Notes: a model not told the origin generated them from the letters alone. A stretch of 63,250 nucleotides of DNA, filler included, from Squatina squatina (GCA_031763465.1; 3 parts of 3 records of this genome joined end to end with filler, not necessarily neighbours in it); one strand, 5' to 3'; counted from the whole stretch's first letter, positions 38,062 through 51,180 are shown. Numbers and translations: made by a program.

Positions 38062-40462
38062 TGAACTTGGTGAGGCTGTCATCGTTTTCTCCACAGATGA
38101 AGATGCACGGCTTGGTATGATGCGTGGTGGGGGTACAATTAAAGGATCCAAAGTATCACTCCTACTGAGTAGTAAAACTGAAATGCAAAATATGATTGAG
38201 CTCAGTCGTAGGCGTTTTGAAACTGGTAATGTGGATATGCCACCAGTGGGCTCAAGCAGGCCAGGGCCACCTAGTAATGCTGGTATGAGTGGAAGGGGTA
38301 ATTTGCCTACGACTATGCCTAATCTAAACACTCCCACTATGGTTACTACAGCTTCCTCGTTGCATGAAGGCATGGGGAACAAGAATGTGCCCACCTTTTC
38401 TGCTGCCAGCATGGGAAGCACACCCTCGAGCCTCAATCCCACTTTTAGCAGCCCTGGGTTTAGCATGGGTTCGACTATGGCCAGCACCATGCCACCATTG
38501 AATACAATAAACTCCGTACCACCACTGCCACCACTTCCTCCTTTACCTACAATGCCATCACTGCCGCCTATGCCTTCAATTCCTCCAATTGGTATTTTGT
38601 CAACATTGCCACCAGTGCCTCCCCTTCCTCCGATAGCACCTCTTGCTCCTATTCCCCCAATGCCACCTATACCTCCTATGCCAAGCTTGCCACCCATGCC
38701 TATGAATGCAGGTAGCACTCTTCCTCTAGGAAGCTCTGGACCCAGTGGAATGAATGGCTCTGGGACTGCGTTGGGCATGAGTAGTAGCCTAAGTTCCATG
38801 TACATGGGTCCCATGGGTTCGTTGAACCCCATGCACCCCATGAATTCCCATAGTTCAATGACTAAAGGACCACCACCAATTAATCCAGATGATCTGTATG
38901 TCCATGTTTATGGGATGCCATACTCTGCAATGGAATCAGATGTAAGGGATTTTTTTCATGGACTTAGAGTTGATGCGGTGCACATGATGAAAGATCATTT
39001 GGGGCGCAATAACAGAGATGCGATGGTGAAGTTTTATGGTCCCTCAGACACTTTCGAAGCTCTGAAACGACATGGAAAAATGATGATGGGCCAGAGATTT
39101 GCCAATGTGTTCCCTGCAACAGAGAGGCAGTGGATGAATACTACGGCTGGCTTTAATGCACCCAAAAGCATGGGCCCCCCACCAGCTATTGGACATTATG
39201 GACAAAACCTACCTCCATTTCACGCATCTAGGTCTGAATCTCCAAGCAGACGTGAAAGGTCACGATCACGTTCTCCTCATGAGAAGGAGTTCTGTGTCTA
39301 TTTGAAANNNNNNNNNNNNNNNNNNNNNNNNNNNNNNNNNNNNNNNNNNNNNNNNNNNNNNNNNNNNNNNNNNNNNNNNNNNNNNNNNNNNNNNNNNNNN
39401 NNNNNNNNNNNNNNNNNNNNNNNNNNNNNNNNNNNNNNNNNNNNNNNNNNNNNNNNNNNNNNNNNNNNNNNNNNNNNNNNNNNNNNNNNNNNNNNNNNNN
39501 NNNNNNNNNNNNNNNNNNNNNNNNNNNNNNNNNNNNNNNNNNNNNNNNNNNNNNNNNNNNNNNNNNNNNNNNNNNNNNNNNNNNNNCAGAAGAGAGAAGT
39601 AACCATGAAAACTGAGGAAGTGTGTGGTTCACCAAAAATTTGTGGTCACATATGGAATATTCCTTACAATGTAACCAAAAGTGACGTGTTCCAGTTTTTG
39701 GAAGGTATTGGACTAGCAGAAAATGGTGTCCAGATTCTTGCTGACTGTAATGGTCAAGGGCTGGGACAAGCACTGGTGCACTTCCTAACTGAAGAGGAAG
39801 CACAGAAAGCTGAGCGACTGCATCGCAAGAAATTAAACGGACGCAATGCATTTCTCCAACTAATCACTCTTGAGCAAAAGCAAGACATGGAGATAAATCC
39901 ACCATTTCAAGCCAAAGGTCAAAAGAATCCAAACCAAGGGAGTCTTGATCCTCCTTTCCTTACGTGTGTTGGAGGAGACAGCATTTTTTCTCCGGGTGGC
40001 AGTTCAGGTAATCTTAATGGCCCTGTACCACCATTCAACCCAGTCAGTAGCTTTAGTGGATCAAGTAATATGTTTGGAGCCAGTCCAGGTCCTGGATCTG
40101 GGCTCAGTGGTAGTATTGGCGATGGTCCAGTGGGAGGGCCTGTTTTTGGAAGCAGCAGTATAGGTAGTTTCCCAGGATCAGGGGTTGAGCCAAGCTTTGG
40201 AGGTGGTCCTTTAAATACCAACAGCCCAACAGTGGTTAAAGTTCAGAATTTGCCCTTCAAAGTATCTGTGGATGAAATCTTGGATTTCTTTTATGGCTAC
40301 CGTGTGATTCCCGACTCTGTGTGCCTGCAGTTCAATGAACAAGGTATGCCTACAGGTGAAGCAATGGTTGCTTTCGAGTCCTGCGATGAAGCAATGTCAG
40401 CTGTGGTTGACCTCAGTGATAGACCAATGGGATCGAGGAAAGTTAAGCTAGTCTTGGGATAA
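38062..40462 (+). CDS. RBM12: RBM12 main coding region (RRMs plus Pro-rich region), containing a 279-N in-frame gap
   Basis: ELGEAVIVFSTDEDARLGMMRGGGTIKGSKVSLLLSSKTEMQNMIELSRRRFET ... PINPDDLYV ... VVKVQNLPFKVSVDEILDFFYGY ... GSRKVKLVLG*. Confidence 0.96.
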
Positions 40463-43400
40463 CCCCAAATTTTAAACTAAGGCTGTAGCTTATAGACTTG
40501 CCTTTAGCACAGCTATTTAATATGGAGGTTGTCTGAGCTTCTGATGGCCTAAAACTTGCAAGTGTTTGCAGCTGACTTTTTGACCCAGATTATTTGGAAT
40601 CCGATGACAATGTTTAGGTGTCCAGTGGGAATTGTAAGTACACCACTGATAGTGTAGACCTAGCAGAAGTGGATGTTTTGTGTAGATCCATGAAACTGTT
40701 AGCTTACTCATACACTAGGCGAGCATAAAGCCTATGCACAGATGCATATTAGATGCTAATGTAGCCATATTCCTTTGTTACAATGCAATTGTTTTAAGTT
40801 TTGACACCCTGAACGTTGAGTGGGTAAAAGCTCTGTCTCTGGCAACGAATCTGTGACTGCAGATAACTAACTTTGCACATGGAAATGATGCAATCAGAGC
40901 TAAACCTAGGTTGGGCAGTTCTTTCTAAGTGATGTAAATTATAGTATTTGTGCACTTGGGTGTTCTTGTCAGCTGCCATTAGACAGTGAAATGGTAGAAA
41001 CTNNNNNNNNNNNNNNNNNNNNNNNNNNNNNNNNNNNNNNNNNNNNNNNNNNNNNNNNNNNNNNNNNNNNNNNNNNNNNNNNNNNNNNNNNNNNNNNNNN
41101 NNNNNNNNNNNNNNNNNNNNNNNNNNNNNNNNNNNNNNNNNNNNNNNNNNNNNNNNNNNNNNNNNNNNNNNNNNNNNNNNNNNNNNNNNNNNNNNNNNNN
41201 NNNNNNNNNNNNNNNNNNNNNNNNNNNNNNNNNNNNNNNNNNNNNNNNNNNNNNNNNNNNNNNNNNNNNNNNNNNNNNNNNNNNNNNNNNNNNNNNNNNN
41301 NNNNNNNNNNNNNNNNNNNNNNNNNNNNNNNNNNNNNNNNNNNNNNNNNNNNNNNNNNNNNNNNNNNNNNNNNNNNNNNNNNNNNNNNNNNNNNNNNNNN
41401 NNNNNNNNNNNNNNNNNNNNNNNNNNNNNNNNNNNNNNNNNNNNNNNNNNNNNNNNNNNNNNNNNNNNNNNNNNNNNNNNNNNNNNNNNNNNNNNNNNNN
41501 NNNNNNNNNNNNNNNNNNNNNNNNNNNNNNNNNNNNNNNNNNNNNNNNNNNNNNNNNNNNNNNNNNNNNNNNNNNNNNNNNNNNNNNNNNNNNNNNNNNN
41601 NNNNNNNNNNNNNNNNNNNNNNNNNNNNNNNNNNNNNNNNNNNNNNNNNNNNNNNNNNNNNNNNNNNNNNNNNNNNNNNNNNNNNNNNNNNNNNNNNNNN
41701 NNNNNNNNNNNNNNNNNNNNNNNNNNNNNNNNNNNNNNNNNNNNNNNNNNNNNNNNNNNNNNNNNNNNNNNNNNNNNNNNNNNNNNNNNNNNNNNNNNNN
41801 NNNNNNNNNNNNNNNNNNNNNNNNNNNNNNNNNNNNNNNNNNNNNNNNNNNNNNNNNNNNNNNNNNNNNNNNNNNNNNNNNNNNNNNNNNNNNNNNNNNN
41901 NNNNNNNNNNNNNNNNNNNNNNNNNNNNNNNNNNNNNNNNNNNNNNNNNNNNNNNNNNNNNNNNNNNNNNNNNNNNNNNNNNNNNNNNNNNNNTTTAAGG
42001 CCTGTAATTGTTATTTTGAGCTATATATTCTCACCTCCCTGAAATGTCAAAATTATTAGAATGATTTGATTAATTGGTTCGGTGGTTCTTGTTGGTGAAT
42101 GGCAAGTTTTTAAAAAAATTGATTGATTTGATTGGCCAGTTTTCACTTACTTATTTGTTCCTCATCGTTAGCTACAGGCTGTACCAAACTGCTTTGGATT
42201 TGATTATGTTTAGTCAGTCAGATATTTCATTGGTAATTTAATAGTTCATTTCAGCCAATCAATAACGTTTGTACTCTGTGTATGTGACACACTGAAGTGC
42301 AAACTTTGAGGTGTGATTCTTATACAGTGCAAAACTTATACAGATTGTGTGATTTTGTTATTTCCCCTGCTCCTCATTGCTAGTTGTTTTATTTGTAATT
42401 TGCAGACTGATGAATTTTGCATTTACATCTATTTGGTGAGATCAGTAGGCAAAGTTTTGAACTGAACCATGATGTAAAAGAACAAGTTGTACATACACCA
42501 TTATCTTCTGCAGCTTTCTGTCAATAAAATGCATTCCGTGATAAATAAAGGAAACAGCTCCCGTAGGTTTAGATGTAAAGCTTTGTGTTGCTTTTTTAAA
42601 AAAAATAGGCCAGACAAATGGCACATTTGTTGGCTGTCTTTGTTTTTTGCTTTCCTCAGTGTTTTGTGTGAAATAGTGAAGGACATTGTAGTGCACCTGA
42701 TGTCTGAATCTGATGGCCTGGTGGGAACGAAGTTGTCCAAGACTTAAATAGATGGGAGGGCCACAGCTATCCGAATGATTCCCTCATTGATCATCTATTC
42801 TTGCAATTGAATTTGCTTCTGAAATAATGAGGTAATGTTTTATACAATGAGCAGCTGTGGCAGTGATATTCCGTATGAAAAGGGTTTGCTGCTGTTCATT
42901 GGGTTGAGAAAATCAACTAACAACTGGGGGAAAAGTGAAATTCTCTGCAAATAATTTCAATTTTTCCCCTTTTGAAGTTTCTGTTTGTTAAGACTGGCTG
43001 TGTTACTTGTTTCTCTCCTGCCCCGCCCCTCCCCAAAAGAAAACAATCTTACAATGCTTAGTTCTCCCTATTTTGCTTTTATCCCACTCTCCCAATTCCT
43101 GGAAAAGAGTTGATGTGAATTCAAAAGAGAAGATCCATTGCTGGTTAGATTAGATTTGATTCACCTTCAGCAGAATACTGGCTGCTTTCCCTCCCAATTA
43201 CCTTTTAAGGGTGTGTATTAGGCTAAATTCTTCCTGTTATCAAAAGGGAATGAGTGAGTTTTTATTTTTTTTGGTCTGGCTTGTCCTAGTGGTATATTCT
43301 CAATTTACTTTCTTCAATTTTCAACAGNNNNNNNNNNNNNNNNNNNNNNNNNNNNNNNNNNNNNNNNNNNNNNNNNNNNNNNNNNNNNNNNNNNNNNNNN

Positions 43401-44768
43401 NAAAAAGGCAAAGAGTAACTCATTATCTGACTTGTCCAAATTGCTTGTGTCTGATTTACTTTGCCTACTCATTGCCGTATTGACATTGCCATAAGGACAC
43501 TGGTGTGCTACCTCTTAACATTGTGCTGACCACTTTGCATATACAGTTTGGAATATGCTGTGTTTTCCTTCAGTGAATCAATAGGCATTCTGTGCACCAA
43601 ATACAATTTGATGGCTTCAGTGCTGAAGTTTAACATGAACATTCATTTACCAGTGGTCCTATGCATTTATATATGTGGAATATATATATATATAGTACAA
43701 CTCCCAAAAATGCATTGCTTGCATAGTGGCAAGTTATATGCTTTGCAGAGAATGTGTACTGATGTTGATCATCTGCAGAATGGGCATCAGTTTTAAATAT
43801 AATTGCAAATATGCTTATATATTTCTCCAAACTTATTCCATCTTTCTCTTCCCAACTTAACTGTTAATGTTGACACAGAAAGGCATCCCCATTTCACAAA
43901 TTGGGGTAATCTTGTAAAAGTTGCTTCCTTTTTTTTTAATGATCCAGCACTGGCTCTGTTGATTTTCTTTATTTTCAAAAATGTCTGACGATGGTGATTT
44001 TCATTTAAGAGATACGATCTTGTGAAACGTTTTTTTTATATTTTGGGGAAAACTCCATCTACGAGACATTTTACAACACTTGTACCATCTGATTATTGAT
44101 TTATGCTCTTGATTGGTGAACCATTTTGCAATTACCTCTTCAGTAAAAGTATCACGAGTGAACGAGCCGATGAATTTTGAATGTAATGCAGTAACTCGTT
44201 CGGAGCCATGGGACCTGCAGGAATGTACCAAGTTAATCAAAAGGTCCGTACACTGCAAACTTAAAGGCTAATATTTGTATGGAGAACGCTGCTGAAGAGT
44301 GTGAATGTATCTGCTCTGAATATCTGAATGATGCTCCATTTCATTTACGTGCCGCTGTTAGTTGGTGCCAGCACTGCCATCAGTGTTGCCAATTTTGGCT
44401 TAGACCTGGCTGCCATCTGCAGTTCCTGCTGTCTTCGTTGCTGTATAAGTGCTGAGATCAGACTTGTAAAGTCATTGTGATGACGTCAACTGGGAACAGG
44501 TAGGTTGACAGATGTGTTTGGGAAGGNNNNNNNNNNNNNNNNNNNNNNNNNNNNNNNNNNNNNNNNNNNNNNNNNNNNNNNNNNNNNNNNNNNNNNNNNN
44601 NNNNNNNNNNNNNNNNNNNNNNNNNNCCCGAGGACGGGGGCGACGGGGCGGGCTTTACCCCCTCCCCGTCGCGGCTCGGCGCCTTAAGCTCTGGGGTCCT
44701 CAGGAGCATTGTCGCTGCTGACTCTTGGCTCCAGTTTCTGTGCTCACTTGGTGTTTGTTTGCTGTCAG

Positions 44769-44864
44769 GTGGCTGTTAACGATATGGATGAAAGCACAAG
44801 CTCCGATTTGATAGGGGAGTTCACTGTTCCCATTAAGGAGCTGTTGGAAGCAAAGGACCAAGTG
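44769..44864 (+). CDS. CPNE1: Copine C2B-domain exon, variant A (96 nt, phase 0/0)
   Basis: tttgctgtcag / gtgagc boundaries; VAVNDMDESTSSDLIGEFTVPIKELLEAKDQV aligns with the neighbouring exon. CPNE1 assigned from its position next to RBM12. Confidence 0.8.
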
Positions 44865-44912
44865 GTGAGCCCCTCTCTAACTCTTCCTATTGGCTGCCCT
44901 CTTTCCCTGTAG

Positions 44913-45011
44913 GTCACCTGCTCTGACTATGATGGTGACGGCTCACATGATCTGATAGGACTTTTTGAAACTAACTTCTCTAAACTGCAGCAAGTGGAAG
45001 CTGGGACTCCG
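44913..45011 (+). CDS. CPNE1: Copine C2B-domain exon, variant B (99 nt, phase 0/0)
   Basis: ctttccctgtag / gtgaga boundaries; [33 protein letters not shown] contains the copine [12 protein letters not shown] motif. Confidence 0.92.
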
Positions 45012-45730
45012 GTGAGAATCGTTATTTCTCTCTCGAATCTTTACAGGTGGCTTGTGCTTTTTTATTTAAAACCCATCTTCCACAATAACACTGCAGACCC
45101 CATGAAGTGCTGAAGTGTTTGCAGTTATTGAATTGTGAAATTAGGCACTGCACTTCCTGTAAATGTATAATTATTTGTTGTATTCTTTTTCTGTCTTTCC
45201 TCTTCTCTCCCTGTGCCCTCGCTCTTCTCTCCCTCTGCTGGCTGTTGTGAAAATGCGGTTGGGGTAGCTGTTAGTGGGCACAGGCCCCCAGCACAGAACT
45301 GCAGTTTGGCACTGGGATTGGGAGGGATGGGGTTTAGGGTCTCCATCAAAGGGGCAATATTGGGGAAACCGAGAAGGAAAACTAAAATCACACTGGGGCT
45401 GCCAGGGTAATAGCTGGTTTTGTGAGCTCGGCTTTTAAGGCACATTATTGCGGCAGATTAGATCCAGACCAGAAACGGGCCCCTCGGTCCATCGTACAAC
45501 ACAGAAGGAGGCCATTCGGCCATTGTGCCTGTGCCAGAAATTCTGTTTGAAAAACTCTACTACAGATCTCTGTAACATCCCTCTGTACCTCCATAATTTG
45601 TTTTGTATTTTTCTCCTTGTTTATCATTCAGATCCCTCTGTTTGGGTCCATCATTAGGAAGCCTGAGAAGGAACCAGCTGACAAACTTACACTGTATCAA
45701 GACTCTGACGGTGCCAATGTAGAAAGACAT

Positions 45731-45982
45731 GGGGCTAATTTTCAATAGTTAGCTGCCTGTTATTAGCCTGAAAAATAGGTTCAATGCTCAACCCCTTCTT
45801 GGAACAGCTCCCTACCTAGGCCTGACCTGCCAGCCCGCTCAGTTTGGGAGTTGACTAATTTCCTACTCTGCCACAACTAGTCAGTTGCAACGGGTCACCC
45901 ATTTGGCACCACAGCTCACTGGTGGCATTCAAATGAGGCCTAAACCTGAAAATAGTTTTGGGCAGAAGTTGAATTCAACCCC
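45731..45982. mobile_element. Putative Harbinger-type MITE
   Basis: Imperfect inverted ends GGGGCTAATTTTC ... GAATTCAACCCC; no coding capacity. Confidence 0.4.
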
Positions 45983-47138
45983 ATGATCTCTTATTAACCA
46001 TAATGGCAACAAGTTTGACATTCAAAAATACCTTTGACAAAGTCAGTGGAGACTGGTCATGACTGTCTGAGGTCCTGGAGTTGGATGAGAATGGAATGAT
46101 ATCTCTCATGAGACAGAAGGCTGTTCCGGATATTTACCTTGCTCTACATTTATGCACCCTCAGTGGTGAAGATGGCTATTTCTCTGCCCTTGTGATGATC
46201 AATAATGAGGTCTCGCTCATTATTAAGTTCTTGTTAATTATTCAACTGGTGGCTTGAATTACTCTAAACTTGTCTGTCTGGTTTTATGTGATATGTTTAA
46301 CTCCCTCAACCTCAATTGACCTGCATTTTTGGCCTATTCTGTCACTTGTGGCTTATCTTTTTAAATCTTTGCTTTTCCCTTTCTATTTCCTTCCATTCAT
46401 CATGGCCACTTGCCATCATACATCCTTATCAAAGAGTAGGTGAAGCCAAAGGACGCTCCATGGCCACCAACCATGTTGCTCCACAGGATACGACAACCAT
46501 GCCTGGTGGTCAAGACAACAGCCTTTTTTTCTAATGTTACTTCTNNNNNNNNNNNNNNNNNNNNNNNNNNNNNNNNNNNNNNNNNNNNNNNNNNNNNNNN
46601 NNNNNNNNNNNNNNNNNNNNNNNNNNNNNNNNNNNNNNNNNNNNTACTCCTGCACCTATTTTCTATGTTTCTATATACTTGTCGAAGCTCTTGTTATCAG
46701 TTTTTATATTTCTCGCTAGTTTGCCCTCATAGTGGGTGGCCCAGGGCAGCGTGTTCAGGATGGCCAGCGGCCCTCCCCTTTAAGATAAGCCTGGCTCTCC
46801 TGCTGACATCAGCGCACTGTGCGCTGACGCGGTGACTCAGAGGCCGGTGGCGTGGCGCTGAAGCCTCGCCACTGGGTCCGACCCTGGCTGCCCCAGGAGT
46901 GTCCGGGAGTGCGCTGTGTCCCGCAGGCATCCTGGAGAAGTGAATACCGGGACGGCCGGGGCACCGGCGAGCGAAATGCCGGCTCCAGCCATGTACGCGT
47001 TTTAAACGCGGCGGGACCCAATTTTGGCCCCCTGGTCTTTCTTGTAAAGAGACGGGATATTGGAGAGGAGATGCTTTCTCATATGGTTGAGAGTGAGGTG
47101 ATGGATAAAAGGGGAAGATTTAGATGTGGCATCGAGGT

Positions 47139-47318
47139 TAGGGTGACCAGATCTTCGGAAGGCCAAAACCGGGACAAAACTTATCTGCCGGCTGTGTCGA
47201 GAGACTGCGCAGGTCTCCGTCCTGACTGCAAAAAAAAATTGGGACATTTGAGGCTTTTTAAAAGAATTGTCAGGACACCGGGACGTTTGGGCAAAAACCG
47301 GGGCGTCTGATCGCCCTA
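47139..47318. mobile_element. Non-autonomous hAT (Blackjack-like) MITE
   Basis: TIRs TAGGGTGACCAGA and TCTGATCGCCCTA match at 11/13; internal GGGAC motifs; no clear 8-bp TSD. Confidence 0.7.
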
Positions 47319-49699
47319 ATTCTACCACTAGTTCATTCTACGCAGTGCTTCACAGCACTCTGACCCCTTTCCTATCTACAGCAGGACTTATCGATAATAA
47401 AGAGCTTCTCTTCATGTATCAGGTCTAAATGTAAGATCTTTTATGCAGATCTCCCTTCTCATACGAACGATGGTGCCATCCTTCCAGGACTTTGCTCCTT
47501 TAAGATTTCCCTCTCTGCACTGTTCTCGTCCCCACTCAGATCCTCATCAGTACAGGTGAGAAGGACTGAGCTCCCCCAATCACTCAGAACGCATCCCGCA
47601 ATAAGCACACGACACAAGAGATTCAGAAGCGGGGTTTCACTTGTCACATAAGCTGATGAACTCGTCCCATCGAGTTACGTGACTGAGAGATCCTGGGCTA
47701 GTCACGTGATTGGTTGGAAGAATTGTCACAATGGATGCATTTTATTTTTCCTTTGAAAAAACAGGCTTTGAATCAAAATGATAAAAAAGGGTTGCTTGAT
47801 TTGGAGAATAATGGGCCATTGTAGGCAGGAGCTCAGCACAAATAATGATTCTGTGGATTGTGGGATGTTGTAGACCAAACTGCCTAGTGTGGAGTTCTTT
47901 GTGGGTGAAAGGTTTATACACTTACACATGCTGCACATGGAAGGAATAGTGAACGGTTCTGTTTCCCATCTTGTAGCTGGAAGGACATAAACTTCAGTAC
48001 GATAAAACTGATAGAAACTGGACAAGTTTTAATTTCGGAACCGCTCGGCATAACTAATGAGATCCAGAATGACAGAATGTTTCAATAAATTATCATGCCT
48101 GACAGCTTCTAATTAGAATAAAGTAATGCAAATCATCACAAGGAACTGCACAAACAAAGGGTCACTGAGTACAGAGTAAAATCCAGCTGAACCCAGCATA
48201 TGCCGGGGTCGAGCTACTGATCTGATCAAGTCCCTGCAGAATTACCTGCTAATTGGAACTTAATGAAATGTTCTTGTTTTATGAAATATTAATTAAAGAG
48301 ACAGTGTTTCTGGATCTGAAATCAGAGGTACATGACTTTGTCTGGCGTGTTGGTGCACTCGGTGCGGTTTTCTCATGTTCCACCTCACCCTGTGCTTGTG
48401 GAACACAGTGAGTTTATGGGAGGGAGCACATCTACTCCACGATTACACCAGTGCTGTTAAAATCCATTGCATTGCATNNNNNNNNNNNNNNNNNNNNNNN
48501 NNNNNNNNNNNNNNNNNNNNNNNNNNNNNNNNNNNNNNNNNNNNNNNNNNNNNNNNNNNNNNNNNNNNNNNNNNNNNCAGAACTCCCTGTTCTACTCTGA
48601 ATAGTGCCATGGGGTCTTTACCATCAAGCTGAGCAGGTAGACTGGGCCTTGGTTTAATAGCTCATCAGTGGAGACGACTTTCACTGACGTCACCTGGTGT
48701 CAACAGAACAGTAACAGCCTCAAAGTGTGGTTAATAGCCGACGATGCGGCCAACTCCATTCTGAAAGGTGCTGACCTGTTGGTGTCCTAATTCAAGCGAT
48801 AGGCTCCTTTTTAGTATGGAAATCAGTGTTCAATGACATAGACAGGACCCCGATTGTCATTTTAAGTAGGCTTGGTTGGAGCCTGCACCATGCACATTCC
48901 TACCACAAACAATGGGACTGAATAATCCCACCAAAGGTAAGTGTCGAATTATTCTTGTGGGCTCAGGGGAGCCTTGTTGGCAGCTGCCTTGGCCCAATTT
49001 TAAGGCCTCAATCAGTGAGCACCTCACCTGCCAAATTCAAATGAGGCCAGGGCCTAAAAGTTGCAGGAGCCCCTTCACCGCCAGAACAGCAGGCCGATTA
49101 GCGGACCCCATCAGTCCGTCGTCCAAAAGTCAAAATCAGTGACCATGAAGTTTCCTATCTGAGACAACTGTGGTGTCTGCTGCTGTGTGAAGCTAACATG
49201 GACTTTCATTATAGTTTCGTGGGTAGGCGAATCCCCCAATCCTGAGAGAGACACATTGCCCCCTTTAACACACAACTTTGACACACTTGAATAGGTCACA
49301 TTCCACAATTTTGATACAGCTCTGTAGGCGTTATTTCCAGAGTATTGATGTAATGGCTTCATTATGTCTTCTGTGTGCAGCATAGGAACGATAAAATACA
49401 TCAGCACTGATATATTCAGAAGACAGAACCAAATGACTCAAAAAGCCAAAATTTTATATTAAATATTTTGGCGCAGTCATTTGAATCCACAGGCTGAAAA
49501 TCTTCTCTCTCTGCTGGCTGACCAGTTCCTAAGTGAAGCAAAGAATCAACCAATTCCTAGTGAGCTTAGTCCCACCACACAACAACCTGTCCCAAGCTGA
49601 TCTCACATCTGGAGTCGGAAGTTTCGAGGTCTCCACCCACATCCCCCTTCCATCCCCAGTCCCGATCCCCCCATTCCCCGGCCCAGACCCCCACCCCCC

Positions 49700-51180
49700 A
49701 GAGCTGCCCTTCTTCCTTCTGTGTCTGTCCCTGCAAAAAAACTCTCTCCAAACTGCACTTCTGAACTCCCAACTGTCCAGCCTTTGACCCTCCATTCAGC
49801 ATGACATTTCTGCAGCTCAACCACACCCTCACCACCACATTTGTTGCCCCAGTCCCTATTAAAACAATTACTCACTCTCACCCTGGCCATTCCCCCTGGT
49901 ACGGCCCTCATCTTCGCTCCCTTAAGTCCAAGGGGCACAGACTTGAACAGATATGGCAGACAACTGGTTTAGCCATTCACCGCCAGATCTGACTGGACCA
50001 CATAAAGCATTATCAGGTCCTGCTCTTGTCTGCTAAAATTGCTCACTATTCCAGAATCATTCTGGAAGGCAAAGATAAATCCCGACTTCTATTCTCCACT
50101 GCTCACCGTCTTCTTAAACCGCTCTCCCCTGTCTCCTCCACCCTCACCTCCGACAAGTATGAGGAGCTCATGGACTTTGTCTCTAAGATTGAGACTATCC
50201 GTTCAGCTGCCTCTGCCACTTCCCTTCCTACCCCTAGAGCACTAGGCCAAACTTCCTCTGAGGTTCCCCCTGCCCTAGCCCTGAACTCACACCTTTCTCT
50301 AGCTTCTCTCCTATCTCCCATCATGCCCTCTCATCCTGTCCATGAGACCCACCTCATGCTCTCTCGATCCTATTCCCACAAAACTGCAGACCACCCAACA
50401 TCCCTTCAAGGCCCCCATGTTAGATATTGTTAACAATTCCCTCTCCTCAGATCTGTACTTCTCTCCTTCAAATCCGCCATCATCACGCCTTTCCTCCAAA
50501 AGCCCACCCTTGATCCCTCTGTCCTTGCCCCATCTCCAATCTCCCTTTCCTAACCATGGTCTTTGAATGAGTTGTTGTCTTGCAAATCCGTGCTCATTTT
50601 ACCGCAACTTCATGTTTGTGCCCCTCCAATCAGGTTTCCGTCCCTTCCACAGCACTGAAACAACCCTTATCAAAGTCATAAATAACATCCTATGTGACTG
50701 TGACAGTGGTAAGCTATCCTTCCTTGTATTTTTGGCCTGTCTGCAGCCTTTGACATAGTTGACCACGCCATCCTCCTCCATTGTCCAGCTCGGCGGACCT
50801 GCCCTCAATTGGCTCTATTCTTGCCAACTCAATTTTACCCAGAGTATCTCAACCAGTGGCCCCAGATCATCACCTCTAGAGTCCCCCAACAATCCATCCT
50901 TGGCCCTCTCCTCTTCCTCGCCTATATGCTGTCCCCCTTGGTGCTACCATCTATACACATGGGATCAGCGTTCACATGTCTGCTTAGGACATCCAGCTCT
51001 ACTTCTTTACTACTTCACTCAACTTCTCCATTGCCTCTGTGCTGTCAGCCTGCTTGTCCAATATCAGACTTGGATAGGTCAAAATTTCATCCAGCTAAAC
51101 TGTGGGAAACCAAAGCAATTTTCTTCAGCCACCCAACACAAACTCCATACCCTTGCTGCTAACTGCACCCTAATGCCGTG
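49700..51180 (+). mobile_element. L2 LINE ORF2 remnant including RT
   Basis: PTSCSLDPIPT, QSGFRPFHSTETTLIKVINNIL and VPQQSILGPLLF motifs lie across several frameshifts. Confidence 0.9.

Noticed and set aside
37912-38841. 309-aa Gly-rich minus-strand ORF (also 39919-40221)
   Set aside because: Antisense shadow of the Pro/Gly-rich RBM12 coding sequence.
46720-47030. CpG-rich patch with overlapping ORFs as a gene or CpG-island promoter
   Set aside because: No recognisable protein; it ends in a Harbinger-like terminus (aattttggcccc), so probably a young transposon fragment.
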